Source: Octopus bimaculoides (Eukaryota). Taken from it: DNA of 64,000 nt. Both the position numbers and the translations under genes were made by a program. Where the stretch lies: positions 21,618,810 to 21,682,809 of the forward strand of contig NC_069001.1 of assembly GCF_001194135.2 (NCBI RefSeq), in the 5' to 3' direction. Below are positions 38,017-50,994 of the stretch, piece by piece; the first letter of the stretch is position 1, and each line of letters starts with the position of its first letter. The notes under the pieces were generated by a model that saw nothing but the letters and a program-made list of their open reading frames with translations, made no database searches and was not told the origin of the DNA.

Positions 38017-38138
38017 CCCTTTGGAAGCCCCTCCCTTTGGTAGCCCCTCCCTTTGGAAACCCCTCCCTTTGGAAGCCCCTCCCTTTGGACGCCCCTCCCT
38101 TTGGAAGCCCCTCCTTTGGAAGCCCCTCCCTTTGGAAG
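38017..38138. repeat. 16-bp GC-rich minisatellite (ccctttggaagcccct), about 7.6 copies
   Basis: Direct reading. Confidence 0.95.
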
Positions 38139-39970
38139 TTCCGCATCTACAACGCATCAGTCCTCTCCATTCTCCTCTAGTGAAACATGCAAACCTGTAG
38201 CGTCACTAAATAATATTGTGAGTATTATCTTGTTAGCACGTTGTGCTCAAAACACTCAGTAGCTACTCAAATCCATTCAACGAGCTCGAAGGTCTAAAAA
38301 GAACCATTAAGCCAGACCAATCCTTTTAATCTCTTTACAAGCACGACAATTATAGTTCCCTGAAGATTTGTTATTACAAAGCCCAATCACAATTTTATAA
38401 CGTTAATCTCTGGAGATAATGAATTCTGAGATCGTACTGTAGAATATCATAAAGAAGTTTCGCATAATTCTACTTCAAGCAAGGCATCTGTCCTAATTTG
38501 TATGGCGTTTGAATCGAGAAAGGACTAATCATCACAAATAAAGAAGCTGAAACATAAAATAAAAGTCGAGCTACTTTATCATTTAATTGAAACCCAACAG
38601 AACTATAGAGGTTCACAAATTAATGTAGACACTCCACCAGTCGAAAGTTTTGACAATTAACTTGTCTCTGGGTATACATGAGTGCTTCTACACATATATT
38701 TGTTTGCGAGTATATCAATGTATATACGAGGTTGATATATGTGTATATCTATCTAAATGAAAGTAAGGCCTGAATAAGAAAACAAATAAAAAATGACACA
38801 CGGGTTTCGTTTTTTTCCTACTAAATTTATATAAGTCTGCCAAAATTTGGAAGAGATTATGTTTGTATCTGAGATTTGGGAGAAAGGCGTGATGGTCAAA
38901 TGTGTAAGGGACATAAAAGATTTGGTATTAACAATGTCTGAGTGAGAAGTTGTTATTGACTATGTAGAGATAAAGAGGAAATTACTGTCTGGAGTTTCAA
39001 TGAAACTGTGAGCTGGCATCAGAATGAAATGCGGAAATGTTTCATTTAAGGTCAAGAACGAGACTGGAAAAGGAGATATTGTTCTACGAGTAGCAGTTAA
39101 ATATTGCGAATGAATATAAGTAAAAGAGAAAGCAAAGACCCACAGAAAAAAACCAATGTTTATGCAGCGGTATATAAATATATATACATATAGATATATA
39201 TGTATATACATGCACACACATACACAAACATACATACATACATATATACATACATGCATATGATTAGTTCTTCGTTTTGTAATCAATATTTTTGGGTTAT
39301 TATATCGAACAGCGTCTTGGTGATTCAGGAAATCTTTTGAATTTTCAATTAATAAATACGTAAATCAACGAAACAAGAAATGATTGCTTTTTGTGAGATT
39401 GAAGTTAGGAACTTTTATAATTATTAATGTACGATTGAATAAACAAATAATATGAACATAAAAATATATGAATTAGGGGATTCAAGTGAATAATAAGGAT
39501 TGCTATTATTAATTTGCGAAAATTATTGAACCTTTAAATGAGGAGTAACTTTAATGGGTTAAAAAGTGAATTAAAAGAATGGTAAGCAACGCTTCAGATG
39601 TAACGCTCACTATGTGAGTAAATACGAATAACCTGGTGGTGGTGGTGGTAGTGGTAGGGGAAGCTAGAAAAATACCAACAATAAATGCAAAACATGTTTT
39701 ATGACATATGATGGATAAATCGTTTATAACCCGAATATCCAATCAAATACGGTCTAATTTGTTAACCTCACTAAAGAGGGATGAAACTAACCCTCCTAAC
39801 AGATTTTTCTTGTATAAATATTCTATTTTAAATACTTGTGATGTTTTTCATCTTTTTATTGAATACGAAACAACAGTTAACGATGTAAATATACATCTGT
39901 TTCCATTAGTGTATACAATCATACATAAATACATATCTACTTATATATATTTATAAGCACATGTTTATGT

Positions 39971-39971
<1 letters not shown>

Positions 39972-40005
<34 letters not shown>

Positions 40006-40006
40006 C

Positions 40007-40061
<55 letters not shown>

Positions 40062-40070
40062 CCTATCTAC

Positions 40071-40111
<41 letters not shown>

Positions 40112-40166
40112 CATCTATCTATCTACCTATCTATCTATCTATCTATCTACCTATCTATCTATCTAC

Positions 40167-40239
<73 letters not shown>

Positions 40240-40248
40240 CATCTATCT
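39972..40248. repeat. Long interrupted (CTAT)n/(CCTA) microsatellite
   Basis: Direct reading. Confidence 0.97.
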
Positions 40249-41515
40249 AGCTAGCTAGCCTACTAGCTGTATGTAAGTGAATTTAGATTCATGCATATAT
40301 TTATGCACAAGTATGCATGTATATGTATATCTATCGAACTTTTGTATGCATGTATGCAAGTGTCTCCGTATTTGCACACGCACGCGCGTACTAGTATGCA
40401 TGCATTCAATAACAGGTTGTCTCAGCTCTGATTCTTTGAGTGTAGAATTTGTCCATATCGGCAGGTGATGTAGACGGGGGTGGACAAAATACTGAAAAAT
40501 GTTTTGCCATGTAGATGATAATATTTAAGCATCTATTGGTCAGTTCATGCTACGTGAGTAAATAGATAGCCAATGATGACGATTTGTTTCTTTTATATTT
40601 CTTGCGCTACGTGGGAGAGCAGATAGAGCGTTGTCATGAAGTCTGGGATTTCTGTGAGATATGAAATATCGGCGAAGGCAGATAGTACGTGAGGAGATAG
40701 CCCGTTTGGTCACTTTAGGTGACATACAGTTTCCGTGACACAAATGGATGTATGCTGTACATATTGCTGGGTGGTAGTAGTAGGCTACATTGTAGAACCC
40801 CCGCAACATCAACAACCGCACAATGATCAGAAGGATTTGTGTACAGTATTCAGTATTATCAGTCGATTGAAGTTCATTAACTGGCTCTATGTACTGTGCC
40901 AATGATAACTTTTCATATCTAATGAAGGATACAGCAGGCCGTTATAGTATAACGGCAGTTTTCTGACAGAGGCTGATTGCTATGTACGAAAGAGAGGTGG
41001 ATAAAGAAGTGCCCTCTCACTAATACTTGTTATGCTCGGGAAATCGTTTCCAAGCTCCCTTAGTATCGAATTAAATTTTGACCGGGTAATGTAGTTTTCC
41101 GTATCTCCATAGATGAACTATTGCATATGTCGTATAATTTTTCCTTTGAAATCGTTTCCTAGTAATCCTGGGAATATATCGAGCTGAGCAATCGAAGGGT
41201 GTGAGGCTTCAACTATAGATCGCAGCATTTAAGAGTCAAGAACATTCGTATTTCCCCTACTTGTAAATTTAACAATTTATAAGTGTTTCTGTTTTTCATC
41301 GTGTTTTGCATGAAATTTGAACGAATACTTGCCTATCAAATCGAGAAATAAACAATTTTGTCTATTTCTTCTTGTGCTAGCCGAATTAGTAAGTGTATAT
41401 TTTAGTAAGTGTGTATCCCTATGTGCATTCATTAGCTAAATATTCCAAGCTATTTTTCAAAACGGAACTCGAGAAAGTTATGTCTAAGGATGCACCAAGA
41501 GTTCCTGAAGGTCAA

Positions 41516-41780
41516 GTGGTAATATTTATCTCCACTTAAGCGTCGGTAAATCTCATGAGAGAAACTCTCATATTGGCTTTTGGTGCAAAATATACACTTG
41601 TTTATATCGGTTGAAGGGAGAAAGATCCTTGATGCCTCCAGCCCAGAAACCTCAGAGCACGCGATTTCAACCTTTCTTGGTCTCATCAATAATGAACACT
41701 CGACCATTAGCGATAGCAGAGACTCATTTCACCCGCCAGCAACATAAAAGAAAGCAGTGCCATAACAGGTGCTGGGCTAG
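41516..41780 (+). repeat. Unclassified dispersed repeat X, copy 2
   Basis: Aligns by eye to 34223-34515, with a deletion. Confidence 0.75.
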
Positions 41781-41944
41781 CGGTTAAAAAGTGAACTTGT
41801 TAAGGTATATATATATATTTATTTATATTCGGGCATTACTATACATAAATGCCTCACGCTAACAGGGACTCTAAAGTCAAACTACCATAATAAACACATT
41901 TTTACCGAACGTGAGGGAATGCAACTCTCAAAGCTAGCCCTCTA

Positions 41945-42137
41945 AAAGCAGACTAAACTTGAAGTGAGAGGTAAGTCGATCACATCCAATCCAGTGTTGA
42001 TCTGGTACTTGTTGCATCGAGCCCAAAAGGATGAAAAGTAAAATCGATCTCGGCGAAATTTGAACCCAGAACCTAAAGACAGTGAAAATGTCGCTAAGCA
42101 TAATGCTCGGCGTGCTAGCGATTCTCCCAGCGCATCG
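41945..42137 (-). mobile_element. SINE family A
   Basis: Reverse complement of head, B-box and ttcatcctttt-ggg-tcgat core. Confidence 0.8.
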
Positions 42138-42324
42138 CGTTCACAAACTATTATTATAAAATGTTGTAAACTTAATATCACCGTTGACGGATACAATTTA
42201 GAGAATGCCGTGTCACATTTTATAATGATCAATTTGCACATTGCGCCACTGAATACAGATAATGTCAAGATCCAATATATCATAAAGCACAAGAAATCAC
42301 AAACACATGTATGCAGATATATAC

Positions 42325-43160
42325 AGGAAAATATTTAACAGGTGTTCTGTGAAATCATCATGTAGCTGCTGCCTCAATATGAAGAATATCATTACAAGAG
42401 GTCAACAGCAGGAGCTTAAATCCAGTTGCAACTATCGAGATCCAAGAAGCTGTCCACTTGACCTCCGATATATGAATAAATCTGTCATATATGAGACAGA
42501 AGTTACTGCAACGCTAGATAATAACAACCGATTAAAAGAGCTCTATTGGATTACGTGATGGAGAATTTAAGAATCGTTATGCTAATTATATAGCTTCTCT
42601 CCGACACAAGGACAAGAGCAAATCTACTAAGTTGATTAGCCACGTATGGAATTTGAAATCTTACGAATTTGAAATCTTTATCATGCGATAAAGTGGAAAA
42701 TAACCGAAACATCCACACAGTATGATAACAAATCTAAGCTATGCTTAGCTGAAGGAGCTCAGATACTTTCCAGATCTATGATAACTAATTCACTACTGAA
42801 TTGTAAATCAGAAATTTTCAGCGGTTGTAAGGATATGCCTAAATTCCTGTTGACGAATTAGCAAGTCCATCCTCTGCCTCATTAACTGTATCATACACTC
42901 CAAGTCACTATTTTTTCAGCCTAATAATTTACGGACTAAGAGAGATAACTCTTTCCCCAATTTTGCATGTTTCTGATTACTTTTTCGTTTCCGAGTTTTT
43001 TAACATTCCACTTGTCGGCTCTTTTCGTTTCTTCTCTTTCTAAAATTCTAGTTCCTTATGCCACGTAAGGCTGTACTTGATGACAGTGCCGAGATGTCAG
43101 ACGTGTTATAGAACATTGTTTGGCATGTTCTCGGCACATAAAACTAGTATTAACACAGAC
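42325..43160 (+). mobile_element. Penelope-like element 3' part: Cys linker, GIY-YIG endonuclease and 3' UTR
   Basis: KIFNRCSVK..SC..NMKNII, CNYRDPRSCPL, SVIYETEV, (Y)IGL.DGEFKNRYAN, WKI, LCLAE, LLN.KSEIFSGC; frameshifted. Confidence 0.8.
43070..43158 (+). ncRNA. Degenerate hammerhead ribozyme motif in a PLE 3' UTR
   Basis: TTGATGA (43077-43083); long helix II gtgccgaga/tctcggcac; AAAAC instead of GAAAC; palindromic ACTAGT with a GTA triplet; helix I poor. Confidence 0.5.
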
Positions 43161-43638
43161 AAAAGATGTATTGTGCCTATNNNNNNNNNNNNNNNNNNNN
43201 NNNNNNNNNNNNNNNNNNNNNNNNNNNNNNNNNNNNNNNNNNNNNNNNNNNNNNNNNNNNNNNNNNNNNNNNNNNNNNNNNNNNNNNNNNNNNNNNNNNN
43301 NNNNNNNNNNNNNNNNNNNNNNNNNNNNNNNNNNNNNNNNNNNNNNNNNNNNNNNNNNNNNNNNNNNNNNNNNNNNNNNNNNNNNNNNNNNNNNNNNNNN
43401 NNNNNNNNNNNNNNNNNNNNNNNNNNNNNNNNNNNNNNNNNNNNNNNNNNNNNNNNNNNNNNNNNNNNNNNNNNNNNNNNNNNNNNNNNNNNNNNNNNNN
43501 NNNNNNNNNNNNNNNNNNNNNNNNNNNNNNNNNNNNNNNNNNNNNNNNNNNNNNNNNNNNNNNNNNNNNNNNNNNNNNNNNNNNNNNNNNNNNNNNNNNN
43601 NNNNNNNNNNNNNNNNNNNNNNNNNNNNNNNNNNNNNN

Positions 43639-43672
<34 letters not shown>

Positions 43673-44175
43673 ATTACATCTCTTTAAATTTATTTAAATA
43701 TAAATTTTGTTGATTTTTTTTTACATAATTCATATCTTTACAAGATATGATAAATTCTAATTATAAGAAGTGATGAATTTCCTGAAATTGTAAATTCCCG
43801 AGAGAAATTGACTCGCAATAAATATTGCGTGTCTGAGGGTTCTCAATGTAACACATACTGGAGTTAACTTCGGTAGTCATCCTTCAGGGGTTTATAATAT
43901 AAGTAAAATACTAGTCAGTTACTGGGCTAGATTCAATTAAACTTGTAGCCATGTCCAAATGTGAGAAATCAATATTTCTGGAAATAAAGAAGCTCGATCA
44001 TTTCTTGTCTGTTCTAACGATTGCAAATGCAGCAGACATTTCCAAGAAAATAAAAGAGAAAATAATGATCACGTTATTTACCAATTCTGCTTCAGTGACC
44101 ATTTTAAAACATTGCCATTTCCAACTAACATATTCTCTTGTGTGGTGTGTGTTGGTGTTTAGCTTATTCATTTGT

Positions 44176-44208
<33 letters not shown>

Positions 44209-44429
44209 TTTATTGCAACCTATTTCTGTGCATTTTCCTGCAGGAAAAGCAAACGGAAAAATAAGTATTAAAAAATAAGGGAAGTGAAGTAACACAATGT
44301 ATATAACAGCGAAGAAATTATTTCGCCAACTTTGCTTATATTATCATTCGCTATATCTATGTGTATTTAAGTATCTCTCTTTCTTTCTCTCTCTAGCGTC
44401 TGTCTCTCTCTAGCGTCTGTCTCTCATCG

Positions 44430-44570
44430 TCTTCTTCTTCTTCTTCTTCTTCTTCTTCTTCTTCTTCTTCTTCTTCTTCTTCTTCTTCTTCTTCTTCTTC
44501 TTCTTCTTCTTCTTCTTCTTCTTCTTCTTCTTCTTCTTCTTCTTCTTCTTCTTCTTCTTCTTCTTCTTCT
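44430..44570. repeat. (CTT)n microsatellite
   Basis: Direct reading. Confidence 0.97.
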
Positions 44571-45419
44571 CTCTCACTTTGTACTTGTGCATATATATAT
44601 ATATATATATAAATATATATTATTTACCTATATACACAAACTCGTACACATCTATTTGCATGAACAAATGGATGTCTTGATGTGCTTGTGGGGGTGGAAT
44701 GTATTTATGTATGTGAGGTTTTGTGAATGCGTCAATGAACACAACCATCGATAATAGTTGCTAGGTGTCACGAAATTACTCTATGAGGTTACCATCGTCC
44801 AAAGGCGACCGTTTAAGTGGTGCGAACATATACGCATTATATATTAACTACATTTATTTTCCAGCCTCTTTACTGTTCGTCTTTATTAAATTATACGCAT
44901 ATATATTAATAGAATTATATACTTCCCAAAACCCATGCACCACAACACACAGATATAAATATAGAAAGCAACAATATAAAAGTAAGATTACATGGTAATC
45001 TTCATGTATATATGTCGGTATGTGTATTTGTGTCTGTGTAGAGTTAAAATAAAGAACAAATAGTTTAAAATAGTTATGTATTTAATCAACCAAAGCCAAC
45101 GCTTCCTTCTGTGGATCTTCCCTATTTCCGTTCAAACGCAGCTAAATTTATCTTATTCTTGACTGCAGCTTGATGCTCTTCTGTAGCGACCATGCGAAGG
45201 TAGATTGTGCCTTCTATATTTTACTAGTTGCTACATGACTGGCCTGTCTGCAATCATATCAGCTCAGCTGCCATGGACAATTCTAATTTTGTCAGTACCT
45301 GGAAAATATTTCATTTCTGTTCATATTGTCTATATTATATTTATCAACTCTATATCTTATTCAGTACTACTAAGGTATGTCTGAGACTATTATTTTCATT
45401 GGTGAATATCGGTATCAAA

Positions 45420-45765
45420 GGCGGCGAGCTGGCAGAAACGTTAGCACGCCGGGCGAAATGCTTAGCGGAATTTCGTCTGGGATCGATGTAATCGACTTAA
45501 CCCCTTTACCTGTCCTTGTTTGTCCCCTCTATGTTTAGCCCCTTGTGGGCAATAAAGAAATAAGAAACGTTTGCACGTCGGGCGAAATTCTTGACAGTTT
45601 TTCATCTGTCTTTACGTTTTGAGTTCAAATTCCGCCAAGGTCGACTTTGCCTTTCATCCTTTCGGGGTCGATAAATTAAGTACCAGTTACACACTGGGTT
45701 CGATCTAATCGACTGGCCCCCACCTCCACCAAAATTTCGGGCCTTGTGCTTAGAGTAGAAAAGAA
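45420..45765 (+). mobile_element. Two tandem SINE family A units (first internally deleted, second lacking its first bases)
   Basis: Head at 45420; tail aataaagaaataag followed directly by a second agaaacgtt.gcacg head. Confidence 0.8.
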
Positions 45766-46029
45766 TGTCGGTATCACTTTAATTGGATATTAAGAAAACT
45801 CTGGTGTTTCAATTCATGGCCACAATAGAAATTTAATGTTTTATCTACAAAATTGGATTTCTTCCTAACTATTACGTATGTCTGTTACTGACTGTAACCA
45901 AGCAAGTATTTCCTGGTGATTGTTTTATGACATCCTGATTTCAATACTTGTCTCAGTCAATAAAATAGCTTGTTAAGACATGTATGTTTAGTACATTATT
46001 ATCAGTGTAACATATACCTTCTTGTTAGT

Positions 46030-46270
46030 AGATAATATGATTGGTGACCAGCATAATGCCTCTCCTCTCCCATAATGATTCACGTAGCTTCCCTTTGCGA
46101 CGTGTGTCGACTTCGTCGTCAATGTTCACAGATCTGGAGAGTGTGCTGCCAGTGTACGTGAACTTATCACTAGCTTTTAGGGTTTCCTCTTCGACAGTGA
46201 TTGCTGGCACCACATACTGCTTTTGTGGGCAGTTTCGTGCATGAGCTTTGTCTTCTCAGTACTGATCGTG
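46030..46270 (-). mobile_element. RTE/BovB-like LINE RT fragment
   Basis: TISTEKTKLMH..ITV....LKASDKFTYTGSTLSRSVNIDDEVDTR..LRESLWERRGI. Confidence 0.8.
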
Positions 46271-46391
46271 TGACCAAAGTTGTTACAAGCAGTGGAAAAA
46301 CAGTTCAGATGATAATTATATAAGGATATTCACATCATGAAAATTTCCACTTCAGGTGTTTGTGATATTTGATATATATTAGTTCTAAATA

Positions 46392-46540
46392 TTGGCACAA
46401 GGTCGAGAATTTCGGGTGTGGGGTGGGGTGTTAGTTGGTAACATCGACCCAGTGTTCAAGCGGTACTCATTTTTCTCGACCCCGAAAGGATGAAAGGCAA
46501 AGTCGATGCCGGTGGAATTGTAACTCAGAACATAAGGACA
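46392..46540 (-). mobile_element. SINE family A fragment
   Basis: tcgaccccgaaaggatgaaaggcaaagtcga is the reverse complement of the core. Confidence 0.85.
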
Positions 46541-47664
46541 GTATTTGATATATATTAAGAATGTATGCAGGGAGTAATTTGTCTGCTTTGTAAATGTTGG
46601 ACTATGTTGGAATGAATTTCATTAGTTCTGACAAAAATACTTTGAAACAAAAGCATTTCCTGTCTCTTTTCCCGATAGTCTGTGAGATTTTCAGTTGTGT
46701 ATTCAATTTCAGGTGTATCCGTGATTTCTTAGTACACTATTGCTTTTAACCGAAACAATAACCGATTTACAAGTTGCAACAAATATTTAATATGTCGTTA
46801 ACAATATTGCAAATCAGATCTATTAGTATTTTGTTTTAATGTGTGCGGGATATATAGTATATGATATTGTTTTGCTACTAAAACTATGACATATTATAAA
46901 TGCATTACGTGATAAGGCATGCACACTTGGAAATAAAGTAAAGTTAAAAGATCTTTATGCTCTTGAAAGTACTATCCCAATACGCAACTCCACAACAACA
47001 CATTTAAGGGGAGCTGACATCCAGTGCATTAAGGCGATTGTATACAGCTTGTTTGCGCTGGAATGGATAACTTGTATGGATGAAATATCAGAGTATCTCT
47101 AAGTAAATACTATATGGCGAACTGGTTTGTGGAAGGCGTCCTCTGAAGAAACCGAGACTACGACTTAAGGATTGTAGAAAACCCTCGTTGAAGGCATGCA
47201 TTCATAACAGCAGCGGTGCCCCCAGATGTGCTTCTGTTCGATTGTTAGGATATCAACAATTGTTGAGCTCTATCTTTTGGCTATGAAGTGAAGGGCCAGT
47301 CTTTTGCATGGATAGTTGGTGGAGAGAAATTATTGTCTGCTCCATGTTTGATAATCAAGCACAGCAACTGACATTTCCTTAGAATCGATTCTCTAGTGAG
47401 AAAGAGATGACGGCAGTTTAACTTGTATATCCTAGCTGCAAAAGGCAGCAAAATATCCCACAATATTTAGTTGTTAAATAGACGTTTTGCATTATAAATA
47501 GAATTATTTGTAACTTTTACAAAAAGTTACCACCCCCAAACGCAATTACTGATACCAAGAAATGCAGATTATCAAATATCATGATATTTCCATATATTTG
47601 TAAATATAATATCTGATTCGAAAAACTGTTTATTTTAAGGGAATTCAAGATATTTTAAAGTTTA

Positions 47665-48056
47665 CAGAAGGTAAAATGATGCTGTTGCAATATGAAGGTT
47701 ATAAAGAATAACTTTTAATAATTCTCTGTTTTCAAGGACGAAACCGACTCTCTCAAAACAAATTTTGATATTAACCAACTATTGTGATTAATATCTTCAA
47801 TAATTAATATCGAATTCGCTTAACCAGTGGTAGCCCATGCAGCTTCTAACTTACGTATTTTACTACTGTCTCTTTAATTTCTCTATTTAGATAATCTGCG
47901 TCAGTTTCGAAATTATTTTTGATATCTATTCTTTTTTGTTGTTATGATCGTCGTTTGAATTTTAAGCATCTGAGTCGGTTTCGTCCTTGAAAACAGAGAA
48001 TCATTAAAAGTTATTCTTCATACCCTTATATTGCAACAGCCTCATTTCACCTTCTG
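47665..48056. repeat. Foldback with about 85-bp inverted arms and a 221-bp spacer
   Basis: 47665-47750 versus the reverse complement of 47972-48056; the inner 44 bp has 1 mismatch. Confidence 0.9.
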
Positions 48057-48184
48057 AGTAACATACAGCTGATTCTTTATATATCATGTTTCTGATTTGT
48101 ATTCTGATATACTGAGAAATTTTCGAGTAACCAGTTTATAAGTTTCGTCTTCTTCTGAGTGTCACGTAACTGTGATTTATGTTA

Positions 48185-48450
48185 AGACAGCGAACTAGCA
48201 GAATCGTTAGCATGCCGGGCAAAATGCTTAGCGGCATTTTGCCCATCTTTACGTTCTGAGTTCAAAGTCTGTCGAGATCGAGTTTGCTTTTCATCCTTTA
48301 TGGGGGTCGATGAAATAAAGTACTAGTTGAGTACTTTTTCATCCTTTATGGGGGTCGATGAAATAAAGTACCAGTTGAGTACTGGGGTTGACCAAATCAA
48401 CCTATTCTTCCTCGAAAAATTGCTGATATTGTACCAAAACTTGAATGCAA
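48185..48450 (+). mobile_element. SINE family A with a 48-bp internal tandem duplication
   Basis: 48288-48335 repeated at 48336-48383 with 1 mismatch. Confidence 0.85.
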
Positions 48451-50504
48451 TTGTGCTTTATGTAGAAGAGAGCACTTTGAATCTGTTATAGATATTATTT
48501 GCATATTCAGAAGAGATATTCTAATTTCATTCTCATAATACAACGCTGTAGAGTGTGCAAATTAAGTTGAAACAATATTTTGAACTGGTCCAACTGAAGA
48601 GAATAGAAACAATTCGTTACATTTTCCTTCTCAAAGTCTAATGGATTTTAGAATGATCACGCTTAAAAGTTCAAAGCAAACTACTTAGCATTACAAAAAT
48701 TGTGTTGTTAATAAGAAATTTATATTTAATTTGAATAAGACAAGGCTTCAATCATTCCATTAAAAGTACTTATAACATTATCTAAACCTAGTTTCGTATT
48801 GAAGTCCCTTGTGACATGCGAAAAGCTAAATCGTCATTATAAAATATTCTTCTTTAGCAGAGTTATGAAGACTAGAACAACAGATAATATTTACTTATGA
48901 TTTCCTCTTAAATAAAAAAAAACTAACACAGTTACGGATATAGATTCCTTGTGAGAACAAAATACTTATATCAAAACAGTGAAGTTTATATTGCTGTTGA
49001 CTGCGATTGAAGTACTGAACATTGTAATCATTAAGCTCTTCATAATATGAAATAAAATAATCTTATATCCATAAATATTAAGGATATCAATAACTGGTAT
49101 TTATACAAGAATTGGTCTTTTGCACATTAAGTGAAATATGCACATTAAGTGAAATTTCACATATTGTGAAATATGAAAATGTGAAAATTATTACCACTCC
49201 TCATTAGCATAGTGACCACAATTATCATTAATCATTGTAACCCCTACCTACGAGCATGGTGAACGCTTTATCTGAATTCCTTTACTGTGACCATTGCCTG
49301 TCAAATGGAAAGATACTTGTACTTCTCTCTTCTAAACTTTCAAACAAATATATCTATCGCTACTTACATAGCCACACATATACAAGCACTGCTAAAACTA
49401 TTCCATATGTTAACGGACATAAATGCTATTTTTATATATAGTAAGAAAGAATGGACAATACAAAGACTTCTATAAATAAAGAATAAATACTTTTCACTGC
49501 CATGGAAATTTCTTGTTCAACATTTACAATCATCTGGCATTGAGAGAAAGATGAAAAGAAATGCAAAGAAAATGGTAATTGCAAGAATTCCTATTTAAGA
49601 ATTTCCGAATAAGAAACACAAATAGAACTAAAAAACATATTCTTTCGTGACATTTATGTTTTATTTGCGAAACAAAAAATGTTTCTGCAGCTCTTTTACA
49701 TCCGACTCTTCTTCTAGGTTTTCATTTTTTAGTATATATTTTTGAAAACTTTGTTTTTATTGATATCGTAGAACGTTTTGCAGTTATTGTTGCCTTTGTC
49801 TTTAGTTCCATTTTTAATAACATAAAAACAGCCACGGAAAAATAGACAATATTTTACCTGCTTAATTTTTACCTGCAATTTATTACCTGCTTAGTTAACG
49901 ATATGTTATCAGACTAGGAATTAACGTAAAGAAAGAAGTTGTCTCATAACGGATTGCTTCTTATAAAAATCAGCATATATATATATTTGACCTCAACGAC
50001 TATGATTTCTACATTTCGTCTGCTCAAGCCAATGCATTCCAATGTTTCTACAATTAAAAAAAAACCATGCGTTCGATTCTGAGTTGACACAGCTCACCTT
50101 TGGTTTTCTTTACTATATGATTTTGCATCTGCGTCCAAACATAGTTTAACTATCTCGTTTTCGCGTTTAATGATTAATTATTAATCTAAACAAAGCACTT
50201 AATTTACACACTGAATAACTGTTTTGTTAAATGACAAAACAAATTGACAGTCATAATGAACCAAACAAATTCAATGAAGGCTACCATTCAATCTGTATAT
50301 CAGTGAGCAACGAACTAGATTATATCAAATATAATAAAATCATATAAATTACATCTCTCTCACAACTTTAGAAGAATAACAGTGATCTAAAGAATGGATG
50401 TATGAAAGGAAATTCTTTGGAGATCGAATCAAAATAAAATAATCCTGAAAATGTATAGAGATGTGTCCCTTATTTTCATCAGGAGCATATATTCTCTAAT
50501 ATGA

Positions 50505-50707
50505 AGGCGGTGAGCTAGTAGAATCGTTACGGTGACGGGAAAAAACACTCAGCGGAATTTCTTCCGACTTTACGTTATAAGTTCAAATGACTTGGCATGT
50601 CATCCTTTCCAGGTCAACTCTGGAATTACAGTTCAACACTGGAATCGATGATCGAATCGACTTAGTCCCGCCCTCGAAATTGCTTGTCTTGTGGCAACGT
50701 TTGAATC
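50505..50707 (+). mobile_element. SINE family A, degenerate
   Basis: ggcggtgagctagtagaatcgtt head and aagttcaaat B-box-like motif. Confidence 0.75.
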
Positions 50708-50994
50708 TAAAATGAATAGGTACATCTTGCATCGGCATATTCAGTGAGTTTAACTACTAAAATTATTGATATATAGTTTAAGCTATCCTAATGAGAATTT
50801 TAAAAAACCTTCGATGACTTCGAGTGTGAGTGTAGTATATCAAATATAGAAGAGATATACACTACCAAATTTTGAAATGACTGTATTAAATCCAAGATGT
50901 GCACAGACTATAAGCCACTTCAATGTGAAATATAAAAACTTGCACAGTTTTTGAAAACAATTCATTAGCCTTACATTTAATAATCCTTTCTACT

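Noticed and set aside
20411-38138. Tandem arrays (29-bp and 16-bp) as possible CRISPR arrays
   Set aside because: No unique spacers, no cas genes, eukaryotic context.
40540-41260. GC-richer stretch with a Cys-containing frame (MDVCCTYCW..) suggestive of a Helitron or other transposon remnant
   Set aside because: No diagnostic motif could be confirmed by eye; needs tblastx.
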